Position numbers and translations under genes: made by a program. Of a DNA stretch of 64,000 nt, positions 29,653 through 38,642 are shown piece after piece. Numbering within the stretch: the stretch's first letter is position 1; the number at the start of each line of letters is the position of its first letter. The notes under the pieces are model-generated. The model was not told the DNA's origin, did no database searches, and saw only the letters and a program-made list of their open reading frames with translations. This DNA is from an uncultured Phycisphaerales bacterium (GTDB lineage Bacteria > Planctomycetota > Phycisphaerae > Tepidisphaerales > Tepidisphaeraceae), in NCBI GenBank assembly GCA_963758525.1, contig CAVWVQ010000003.1, positions 4,544,001-4,608,000 on the forward strand. The letters are read 5' to 3'.

Positions 29653-30648
29653 TCAGGCGACCTTGGTTACCTCGTCGATGCGCGCCAATTCGTCGGCGCT
29701 GAACGAGAGATTCTTCAGCGCCGCCACGTTCTCCTCGATCTGCTTCGTGCTCGACGCGCCGATGAGCGCGCTCGTAATGCCAGGGAGGCGAAGGATCCAG
29801 GCGACAGCCATCTGCGCCAGCGTCTGGCCGCGCACGGCGGCGGTGTCATTGAGTGTGGTGAGGATGCGCTTTCGCTCCTGAACCGAGTGCTCCTTCACCC
29901 ATTTGCTCGGCCAGATCGTGGCGGCGCGGTTTCCCTCGGGAATCTCGCCGCTGAGGAACTTGTTGGTCAGCAATCCTGAAGCCAGCGGGCAGAACGCGAT
30001 CACCCCGGTTCCCGCGGCGGTGGTCTGGGCCAGCAAATCCCATTCGATCGTCCGACCCAGCAAGTTGTAGTAGGGCTGATGGATCGTGATTGGCGCCCAG
30101 TCGTGCCGCTCGACAACGCTCACTGCTTCGAGGAACTGCTCCCCATTGTAACTGCTGACCCCGGCGTAGAGTGCCTTGCCTTGCCGGACCAGCGTTTCCA
30201 AAGCGCCCATTGATTCCTCCACCGGCGTATTCGGATCGGGACGGTGATGATAGAAAATGTCGAAGTAGTCGAGGCCCATCCGCTGGAGGGACTGATCGCA
30301 ACTCGCAATCAGATATTTTCGCGAGCCCCATTCGCCGTAGGGGCCAGGCCACATGCGATAGCCGGCTTTGCTTGAAATAATCAGTTCATCGCGCGGCATC
30401 TCCTTGATGACCTTGCCGCAGACGGACTCCGCGTTGCCAGGCGGAGTGCCGTAATTGTTCGCAAAGTCGAAGTGAGTGATGCCAAGATCGAACGCGCGGA
30501 ACATGCACTCCCGCGCAACCTCGGCTTCCTTGTATCCGCCGTAAGTTTGCCATGCGCCCAGCGAAACCGCTGGAAGCATGAGGCCGCTCCTGCCGCATCT
30601 GCGGTAGAGCATCGTGTCGTATCGAGATGCGGAAAACGCCTGCTTCAT
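29653..30648 (-). CDS. Aldo/keto reductase (YghZ/Gpr-like L-glyceraldehyde-3-phosphate reductase)
   Basis: YRRCGRSGLMLPAVSLG, GITHFDFANNYG, ISSKAGYRMWPGPYGEWGSRKYL, FYHHRPD. Confidence 0.92.
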   Translation of the reverse strand: MKQAFSASRYDTMLYRRCGRSGLMLPAVSLGAWQTYGGYKEAEVARECMFRAFDLGITHFDFANNYGTPPGNAESVCGKVIKEMPRDELIISSKAGYRMWPGPYGEWGSRKYLIASCDQSLQRMGLDYFDIFYHHRPDPNTPVEESMGALETLVRQGKALYAGVSSYNGEQFLEAVSVVERHDWAPITIHQPYYNLLGRTIEWDLLAQTTAAGTGVIAFCPLASGLLTNKFLSGEIPEGNRAATIWPSKWVKEHSVQERKRILTTLNDTAAVRGQTLAQMAVAWILRLPGITSALIGASSTKQIEENVAALKNLSFSADELARIDEVTKVA

Positions 30649-30745
30649 TGCACTGCTCCCATTGAGAATCCGAAGCTTTTGGAGCAGAACAATGACCAGT
30701 AGTCAAATGCCACGCACTGTTCCGACACGCCCCGACTGGGCGGAG

Positions 30746-30946
30746 TCACGGAGGCGGCATCTCAGTCATGCTGGGATCGACCGGTGCCTGTCCCTTTTGA
30801 TTCACGCTCGTGGCGTCTCGAGCCGAACGATATCCCTTCTTTCCTTTCTCGCCACGGCCCGAACCAGCACCGAGCTTGGTGCCACGCTCTTCTGCCTTGC
30901 CGACCCCCGCCACATGCGTCCCGGCCGGAGGATTGCTCTTCTTCAT
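30746..30946 (-). CDS. Small hydrophilic hypothetical protein
   Basis: RBS AAGGAG; 66 aa ending RSARDATSVNQKGQAPVDPSMTEMPPP. Confidence 0.6.
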   Translation of the reverse strand: MKKSNPPAGTHVAGVGKAEERGTKLGAGSGRGEKGKKGYRSARDATSVNQKGQAPVDPSMTEMPPP

Positions 30947-31183
30947 GACGCGCTCCTTGTTTAAAATGTGCAGAGTTCGGCGAGGGCGCTACAAATGGCG
31001 AGCCAGATCGCGGTTCCCGACCCCCACCTTGTTTTCCCCGCGGTAGGGACGGGCGGACGCAGAAAACAGCTGCCGCATTTTACGTACACCCCGACACCCT
31101 GTCAGTAATGTCGCGTCCGCAGTTGGACATGCCGACAATGGTGAGGTGGCCCGAGTTAGAGCCGTTTTCAGGTCGATGTGGCG

Positions 31184-31239
31184 TTGTCGTGGCGGCTTCC
31201 CGCCTGCCTAAGGGAGCAGGCTGGAAGCCCGCACCACAA
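31184..31239. repeat. REP-like element (GCAGGCTGGAAGCCYGCACCACAA family)
   Basis: Right arm is nearly identical to 63521-63544. Confidence 0.7.
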
Positions 31240-31284
31240 AGGGGGTGCCGCTCCAACCTGAAAACCGCTGTAAGAGATCGCTCG

Positions 31285-32432
31285 CTAGCCCGACGCAGAA
31301 CTGCCGCGATGCACCGGCTGGCGAATCCGCGCAGTCGCTTCGCTGACAAACTCCTCGAACGCCAGGCGCGCTTCGCTGTCGTGCATCTGCCGTGGCGGAT
31401 GCTTCATCGTCCAGGCCGAGACGGGTTCGATCGGCCCGGCCATTCCGGCGTCGCGCCGAGCTTGCAGCTTCGGATCGCATCCACAACGACGCCGGCGCTG
31501 TTGGGCGAATCCTCGACGCTCAGGCGCATCTCAAGGTGCATCGGGACTCCGCCAAATCCGGTTCCTTCGATGCGGAGGAAGCAGACCTTGTTGTCCTTTT
31601 GAAACGGGATGTAGTCGCTGGGACCGATGTGAATGCGCTGCGCGTCCAGCGGGACATCGAGCTGGCTCTGCACCGCTTCGGTTTTGCTCAGCTTCTTGCT
31701 GGCTAGCCGATCGCGGCTGAGCATGTTGAGGAAGTCGGTGTTGCCGCCCGTGTTGAGCTGATAGGTCGAATCGATTCGCATGCCGCGTTCGTCGAAGAGG
31801 CGCGCCAATGTCCGATGTGTGATCGTCGCGCCGACCTGCGATTTGACGTCATCCCCCACGCACGGAATGCCGCGCTCGGCGAACTTGCGTGCCCAACGCG
31901 GATCGGAAACGATAAATACGGGGACGCAGTTGACCAGGCTGACGCCGGCCTCGAGGCAGGCATTCGCGTAATGCGCCGCCGCCCGCTCGGAACCGACGGG
32001 CAGATAGTTGACCAGAACCTCCGCGCCCGTCTCGCGAAGGACGCGGGCCACGTCGACCGGCTTGTCGCCGGCCGGCACGAAGCGTTGATCGGCCGGAAAG
32101 TCGGCCATGTGGGGCGCGACGCCGTCGAGGATTTCGCCCATCTGCACGACGACGCCCGTGGAGACAACCTTTGGGAAAAAACGCTTGGTGTTGTTGGGCG
32201 GCGCAAAGATCGCCTCTTCCAACGGCCGGCCGACTTTACGGGCGTCGATGTCGAACGCCGCGACAGGTTGAATGTCGCCCACGCGATATCCACCGAGCAC
32301 CGGATGCATTAAACCCAGAGTCGGCAGCTTGCCGTCTTCTCCCAGAGAGGAGTAATAGGAGATGCCTTGGAGCAGCGAACTGGCACAATTTCCCACACCG
32401 ACAATCGCAACACGGATTCCACGCATAGCCAT
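31285..32432 (-). CDS. ino1: Inositol-3-phosphate synthase; frameshift near 31456
   Basis: [52 protein letters not shown]; the second frame supplies SAWTMKHPP. Confidence 0.93.
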
Positions 32433-32624
32433 CTGTTCCAAAATGAGCCCCCGAACTCGCTCCTTCTATTGTACGACGCCGACGGCCTGAGTGTTGCCAC
32501 GTTATTCCGCCGCCGGCTTTGGCGCTTCGTGTGGGCGTGAAACCGCGTTTGCACATAACCGAAACGACAGGAATAAAGCTCGCGACCGTTGACCCCGCAG
32601 GCCTTTGCCGGGAATAATCAGGTG

Positions 32625-32993
32625 ATGGCCACTTTCCTTGAATCGCAGATCGGACTGTTGGAGCAGGAATCGGTATCTGCGGACATTCCGGGGGTTGAAG
32701 ATCTGATCGCTTTTTCTCTTACAGCCCTGGAACGACTTGAGAGCCATCTCGGATGCGGCGGGTTGGCCGAACGTGACCGGCCGCTTGTGCCCTTGTTTCA
32801 GCGCTGGCTCAGCGCGGCCGGCAAGGTGAAGGAGATGGCGCGGCACCTGAGGAGCGCCGGGGAGACGATAAGCGGCTATGACGATCTGTTGCGCACTATG
32901 AATCGATCCAAGCCCGTCGCCGAGAGATTTGACTATTTTGTGGAGCTGAATCGCCGTTTGGCAAGCGGGGAAGGTGCGTCGAACGGTGGTTGA
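32625..32993 (+). CDS. Helical hypothetical protein, putative antitoxin of the downstream RelE-like gene
   Basis: TTGACC-N18-AATAAT promoter-like sequence ends 6 nt before ATG 32625; 3-nt gap to the next gene. Confidence 0.55.
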   Translation: MATFLESQIGLLEQESVSADIPGVEDLIAFSLTALERLESHLGCGGLAERDRPLVPLFQRWLSAAGKVKEMARHLRSAGETISGYDDLLRTMNRSKPVAERFDYFVELNRRLASGEGASNGG

Positions 32994-32996
32994 ACG

Positions 32997-33268
32997 GTGA
33001 CCTACATTCTCAAGTTCACCCCGGCAGCGGAGGCCCAATTGAGGGCCTTTCCGGTGCAATTGGGGCAGTTTGTCCGCGATCAACTCGCACGTCTGGGTGA
33101 AAGCCCCTCCGCCGTGAGTAGACTACTTCGGTCCTGCAGCCGCGTGGGCAACTGTTTGAGCTTTACTACGATAGTGGCGGTGTTGCCGTCTGGGTGAGCG
33201 TTATATTCCGTTTTGGCCAAGATGAGCAAACGCTTCATGTCGAGGACATTGCAGCCGAGTTTGGCTGA
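32997..33268 (+). CDS. RelE/ParE-like toxin; -1 frameshift near 33123
   Basis: MTYILKFTPAAEAQLRAFP...VRDQLARLGESP, then GQLFELYYDSGGVAVWVSVIFRFGQDEQTLHVEDI in the next frame. Confidence 0.6.
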
Positions 33269-33279
33269 GGCGACTCACG

Positions 33280-33852
33280 CTAAAGACCGCTGAGGTTTGA
33301 TTGCTTTGGCCGTAGAAGGGCGAGGACCTCAACATTCCCCTTCGCTCCCCTAATGGGGCTGACTACCGTCTGCAGCACATCAAAGCCGACGGAATGAACC
33401 GTACCCTTTACCTTGTTTATCACAGCTTCCACATCCTGCTCCGCAAGCACGCCATTCTTCAATTGCGAACGACCCGCTTCGTAATGCGGCTTGATGAGGG
33501 TTATGATCATGCCACCTTCGGCGAGCAGTCGGAACGCGGCGGGAAGAATTTTCTCCTGCCGGGTCCAGGCGACGTCAATCGTCGCCAGGTTGACCGCTTC
33601 AGGCAGAACCACATGCATCGCGTTCGTCCGCTCCATCGTAACCACTCGAGGATCGCGGCGCAGTTTCCACTCCAGAGCGCCGTAGCCGGTGTCGACGGCA
33701 TAAACCTTCGCGGCCCCGCGAGAGAGAAGGCAATCCACAAACCCGCCAACATTGCATCCCAGATCCGCGCAGATCATTCCATTGACATCGACGCCAAAAA
33801 CGTTGAGGGCATGTTCAAGCTTCGTGCCGGCACGGGAGACGAAAGCGCCCAT
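33280..33852 (-). CDS. tlyA: TlyA-family RNA 2'-O-methyltransferase (no S4 domain)
   Basis: FVSRAGTKL, DLGCNVGGFVDCLL, VYAVDTGYG, LIKPHYEA, SPIRGAKGNVE. Confidence 0.85.
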   Translation of the reverse strand: MGAFVSRAGTKLEHALNVFGVDVNGMICADLGCNVGGFVDCLLSRGAAKVYAVDTGYGALEWKLRRDPRVVTMERTNAMHVVLPEAVNLATIDVAWTRQEKILPAAFRLLAEGGMIITLIKPHYEAGRSQLKNGVLAEQDVEAVINKVKGTVHSVGFDVLQTVVSPIRGAKGNVEVLALLRPKQSNLSGL

Positions 33853-33856
33853 CGCG

Positions 33857-34912
33857 TTAACGTCCCTCGCTGAGCAAATCGACGGTGCATTCGATCACCG
33901 GCGCGGGGCACGACCAGACCAGCAGGAACATTGCCTCTCGCGCCAGCCGTTGCGCCGGATGATCGCTCAGCAGAGCAGCGCCCTTGTAGAGGGCGACAGC
34001 CGCATGCGCGGCCCTCAACGTCAGGTCGCTGCACTGACCCCGCACTCGCGAGGACGCAGCGGTGGCGTCCGCCTCCCGGCCATCCTGCGAGAGGGCGAGA
34101 ATCTCGTCGCGCAACTCCGTCAACTGTGTCTCAAAACGCGCAGTGCGCCGAGCGTGCTCCGGCCGAGCGATGCTGGGCGATCAGGTCCAGCGCTCCCCTG
34201 CACAGCCCCAAAGCGAGAAACGCCTGTCCGAGCGGAAGCGAGTTCCTGCGTCCGGTGAGGACCTTCTCCATCGGACCGCGCAACACGGCATCCGATTCCA
34301 CGCGCACGGCATCGCAGGTGATTCGCCCCGTCCAACTCGACCGCAGCGCCACCAGCGGCAACGACCCCTGGGCGACCACGCCCGAAAGAGACATCCGCAG
34401 CGCAATCAGCAATTGCCGGCCATCGGGGATCACCGCGCCGACGACGACCCAGTCTGCCTTGGCCGCCCCGGTTGCCCAGGGCACGATGCCGTCGAGTTGC
34501 CAGCCGTCACCAGTCGGGGTCGCCCTCAGCGCGGGCGGTCCTCCCTGCCTGCTTGTGGTGAGCTGCGCGATTCCGATCGTCGCAAAGATGCGATCGTCAG
34601 CGAGCTTTGACAGTAAATCCGCCGCAAGCGGCGACGGAAGCGCGCTCTCCAGCAATCCTGCCGCCGAGTCGCGCTGTGAAAGAATCAGCGCAACCGACAT
34701 CGATGCGCCGGCCAGCATTTCATAACCGAGATACAACTGCAGCGCCGACCATCCCTCGCCGCCAGCGGCTGCCGGAACGGCCCAGCGCATCGCCCCCGCG
34801 CCGCTCAGCAGCGCCAGGTCCTCTTCGGGCCATGCGCCACCTGATCCAGCACTGTTGCTCGACGCCCCAGCGCCGGAAGTAAAGCGACGAGTGATGAAAG
34901 AGGATCTTGCAC
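33857..34912 (-). CDS. Acyl-CoA dehydrogenase family protein; frameshifts near 34840 and 34143
   Basis: WAVPAAAGGEG, ATIGIAQLT, WQLDGIVPWATG, HPAQRLAREAMFLLVWSCP across three frames. Confidence 0.75.
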
Positions 34913-34921
34913 CCGCGTAAC

Positions 34922-35038
34922 GTACCACGGGTTTCCAACCCGTGCGAAGAGCGCCAGAACTTCCTCGCGCGCCCGATTTTCCAAAATGCGGATTCCTTCC
35001 GTCCGGGGCAACTCGCACGGGTTGGAAACCCGTGGTAC
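34922..35038. repeat. REP-like doublet with perfect 26-bp inverted arms
   Basis: GTACCACGGGTTTCCAACCCGTGCGA (34922-34947) and its exact reverse complement (35013-35038). Confidence 0.9.
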
Positions 35039-35069
35039 AACCCGGCCACCCCGGATCATCCGGTGACTC

Positions 35070-36617
35070 ATGAGCAATACTTTCTACATCACGACGCCGA
35101 TCTACTATCCGAACGCGGATCCGCATCTGGGGCACGTCTACACGACGATCGCCGCCGATGTTTTGGCTCGCTACCACCGCCTGCGCGGCGACGATACGTG
35201 GTTCCTGACCGGCACCGACGAGCATGGGATCAAGATGGTGAAAAGCGCCGCCGCCGAAAACGTGGAGCCGGCGGAGCTTTCAGAGCGGGTGGCAGCGGTC
35301 TTCCGCGATCTCTGGAAAGAGCTGGAGATCACAAACGACGATTTCATCCGCACCACCGAGCCGCGACACAAAGCCGGCGTCAATGCGATCGTGCAGAAGC
35401 TGGTTGCCAACGGCGACATCTACCTTGGCGGCTACGAGGGGTGGTACGACGAGGGGCAGGAAGAATTCGTCACCGAAACCGACGCCAAGCTCAATGCATA
35501 TCAATCCGCCATCAGCGGCCGGCCGCTCACGCGGTATAAGGAATCGACGTATTTCTTTCGCCTCACGAAGTACGTGCCGCGCGTTCTGGAATATATCGAG
35601 GCCCATCCCGATTTCATTCAGCCCGAATCGCGTCGCAATGAGGTGGTGAGCAAGCTGCGCGCTGGGGTCGATGATCTCTCGGTGAGCCGGGCCACGCTCA
35701 AGTGGGGCATTCCGATGCCGCACGATCCGGAGCATACGGTCTACGTCTGGATCGACGCCCTGAGCAATTACATCACCGCGTTAGGTTACGGCAGCGCCGA
35801 TGACTCGAAGATGAAGCGATATTGGCCCGCAAATGCGCATCTGATCGGCAAAGACATTCTCTGGTTTCACTGCGTCTATTGGCCGGCAATGCTCTTCGCG
35901 CTGGGGCTTGAGCCGCCAAAGGCAGTGGTGGCGCATGGATGGTTCACCACAGAGGGCCGCAAGCAGAGCAAGTCGTTGAAGAACTTCATCGACCTGTCAA
36001 AGCTGCGCGAAAAGAACGCGATCTATGGCCCCGACGCGCTTCGCTACTTCCTGCTGCGAGCGACGACTTTCGGCGCCGACCCTGACTGGAGCGACGCGGA
36101 CTTTTCCAAGGCATACAAGGAACTGAAGAACGTCGTCGGGAATTGCCTGAATCGGCTGCTCGTGATGCTCGGGAAATACCGCGACGGGACCATCCCTGCC
36201 GCCGGGAAGCTTGAGGAGATCGACCATTCTCTGGTCGCGGCCACCGCTCGATTGCGCGGCGCGCTGGAAGGGGCGTACGCGCGCTTTGAGCTGCATCATT
36301 GCGCAACGCTACCGATTGAGCTAGCCCGTGCCGTCAACGGCTATATCGATGCGACCGAGCCGTTCAAACTGCAAAAAGATCCCGCGAAGAAGCAGCGCCT
36401 CGATACGGTCCTGAATCTCGCCGCGCAGGCGATGTTCCAGGCGCTGGTCGGCCTGCTTCCGGTGCTCCCTCACAAGGCAGCCCAAGGGCTGACGCAGCTC
36501 AATGTGCCGATCGAGGGAAAGACGCTTTCCACTTTGGCGGAGTTGGTATTACTGCCGGGACATCAGACCGGAACGCCCAAAGGCTTATTTCCGGACGTTG
36601 AGGAAAAGCCGGCCTGA
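35070..36617 (+). CDS. metG: Methionine--tRNA ligase (short form, no C-terminal tRNA-binding domain)
   Basis: ITTPIYYPN, HLGH, TGTDEHG, YVWIDAL, GKDILWFH, KQSKS. Confidence 0.97.
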   Translation: MSNTFYITTPIYYPNADPHLGHVYTTIAADVLARYHRLRGDDTWFLTGTDEHGIKMVKSAAAENVEPAELSERVAAVFRDLWKELEITNDDFIRTTEPRHKAGVNAIVQKLVANGDIYLGGYEGWYDEGQEEFVTETDAKLNAYQSAISGRPLTRYKESTYFFRLTKYVPRVLEYIEAHPDFIQPESRRNEVVSKLRAGVDDLSVSRATLKWGIPMPHDPEHTVYVWIDALSNYITALGYGSADDSKMKRYWPANAHLIGKDILWFHCVYWPAMLFALGLEPPKAVVAHGWFTTEGRKQSKSLKNFIDLSKLREKNAIYGPDALRYFLLRATTFGADPDWSDADFSKAYKELKNVVGNCLNRLLVMLGKYRDGTIPAAGKLEEIDHSLVAATARLRGALEGAYARFELHHCATLPIELARAVNGYIDATEPFKLQKDPAKKQRLDTVLNLAAQAMFQALVGLLPVLPHKAAQGLTQLNVPIEGKTLSTLAELVLLPGHQTGTPKGLFPDVEEKPA

Positions 36618-36652
36618 AGCGGCGGGGTGTTGCGCCGATTGATGATGAGAGA

Positions 36653-36875
36653 TGGTGATTGGAAACGTGAGAGGGGTGATTGGTGATTGGAACGTGACAA
36701 GAGGGTATGAAACGTGAAGACGTGAAACGTGAGAGGGGTGATTGGTGATTGGAACGTGACAAGAGGGTATGAAACGTGAAGGCGTGAAACGTGAGAAGGG
36801 TGATTGGTGATTGGAACGTGACAAGAGGCATTCCTGTCACGTTTCAATCACCAATCACCCGGGCCACCAATCACC
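36653..36875. repeat. 62-bp tandem repeat (about 2.7 copies) of GGTGATT and GAAACGT heptamers, ending in a hairpin
   Basis: GAAACGTGAG recurs at 36662, 36724 and 36786; inverted copy GTCACGTTTCAATCACCAATCACCC at 36836-36860. Confidence 0.9.
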
Positions 36876-36914
36876 TGGCCCGCACGCGATTTGTTGAACC
36901 GAAAGGGATCCTAG

Positions 36915-38307
36915 ATGTTGGACCGTATCTTCAAGGCCTATGACGTTCGAGCAACCTACCCCAATCCACTGAACGAGGAGGTTGCCTGGAAAGTCGGCCA
37001 TGCCACGGGACAGTTTCTGCAGCGCAGCCGGGCGTCCATACCCGACAGTCAGAAAGTGAAACGCGAGGACACGCTGGTCGTCGGCCGCGACATGCGCCCG
37101 CATTCCCCGGCGCTGGCGGCGGCGTTAATCGATGGGGTGACCTCGACAGGGCTCAAGGTCGTCGACGTCGGCATGATTGACACGTCGATGATCTATTTCG
37201 CGATCAACCAGGTCGACGCCGTCGGCGGAATCCAGACGACTGCTTCCCACAATCCGATCAACTACAACGGCTTTAAAATCAGCGGCCCCAAGGCCAAGCC
37301 GATCGGATCAGCCAGCGGCCTGGACGACATTAAACGGATCGCCTCGACGCTGCGCGTCGGACAAACCGGCATCAAAGGCGCCGTCGAGCACCTCGATCTT
37401 TGGCCGCAATATCGCGCACACGTTCTGAAGTTTCTCAAGCTCCCGCGCAAGCTGCGTGTCGCGATCGACGCCAGCAACGGTATGGCTGGGAAGATGGTTC
37501 CCGCGGTCTTTGGCAACGTGCCGAACCTCGAAATCGTGCCGCTGCTTTTCGAAATCGACGGCAAGTTCGTCCACGAGCCTAATCCGCTGGTCGATTCCAA
37601 CCTCGACATGCTCAAGGCGAAGATGAAAGAGACAAAAGTCGACTTCGGCGTCTGCTTCGATGGCGACGCCGATCGCTGCTTCTTCGTGGACGAGCAGGCG
37701 CAGACGGTCGGCTGCGACATGATCACGGCGGTCTTGCGCGCGCGACTTCCTCAAGGCGCCGGAGAACAAGGGGGCGACGATCGTCTACGATCTGCGCTCC
37801 AGCCACGTGGTTGCCGATGAAGTGAAAGCAGCGGGCGGCGAGCCCCGCCGCGAGCGCGTCGGGCATGCGTTCATCAAAAAGACGATGGCCGAAACCAAGG
37901 CCGTCTTCGGCGGCGAGCTTTCCGGTCACTTCTACTTCCGCGACAACTTTTTCGCGGATTCCGGGGCGATTGCGTTTGCGCGTCTGCTTTCCGTGATGGC
38001 CGCGCAAAGCCAGCCGCTGAGCAGCCTGATCAAGCCTTTGACGCGTTACAGTCAGAGCGGCGAGATGAATTTTCAGGTTGAGGACAAGGAAGGGAAGATT
38101 CGCGAGCTGGCCGATGCCTACAAAAAAGCGCAGATCGACTATCTGGATGGCGTCACCATCGACCTGGGCGACTGGTGGTTCAACGTCCGCAAGAGCAACA
38201 CCGAGCCGCTGCTGCGTCTGAATCTCGAAGCCAGCACCGTGGCGTTGCGGGACGAAAAGCTCAAGGAATTGAAGAAGTATCTCGGTGAGCCGGCGGTAGG
38301 GCACTAG
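36915..38307 (+). CDS. Phosphomannomutase/phosphoglucomutase; frameshift near 37740
   Basis: IFKAYDVR, TASHNP, FDGDADR, GGELSGHFYF, NVRKSNTEPLLRLNLE. Confidence 0.93.
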
Positions 38308-38341
38308 TGGATGATTCCCGTCGAAAATTCCGTTGGACAAC

Positions 38342-38411
38342 GTAGGGCGGGATTCATCCCGCCGCGCCTTCTGTGAGACGACAGACCACGGCGGGATAAA
38401 TCCCGCCCTAC
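38342..38411. repeat. GTAG-family REP doublet, copy 2
   Basis: Same arms as 17873-17940 with a different spacer. Confidence 0.9.
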
Positions 38412-38498
38412 AGGAGATCGCACTGCAAGTTCAGATCGAATGTACTACCAGCGCACGGCGCGGGTACACTCATCTTTTGAGATTGGTACCCAGCATTT

Positions 38499-38600
38499 CC
38501 CCCTCCCCTGCTATTCCGGGGGAGGGCTGGGGTGGGGGTCGAACTCGCAATCGGCGCGGTGTGCCCCCACCTCGATCCTCCCCCGGAGTACCAGGGGAGG
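38499..38600. repeat. Inverted pair of CCCTCCCC-family hairpins
   Basis: CCCTCCCCTGCTATTCCGGGGGAGGGCTGGGGTGGGGG...CCTCCCCCGGAGTACCAGGGGAGG. Confidence 0.8.
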
Positions 38601-38642
38601 AAGGAAGAGCGGTCTTCTCGAAAGCTCTTTCGGTTTTACGAC

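Noticed and set aside
32625..32993. ORF ending in GG as the missing CysO sulfur carrier
   Set aside because: It is 122 aa, looks helical rather than beta-grasp, lies more than 5 kb from mec and is paired with a RelE-like gene.
36653..36875. Possible CRISPR array
   Set aside because: Units are near-identical along their whole 62 bp, with no unique spacers and no cas genes.
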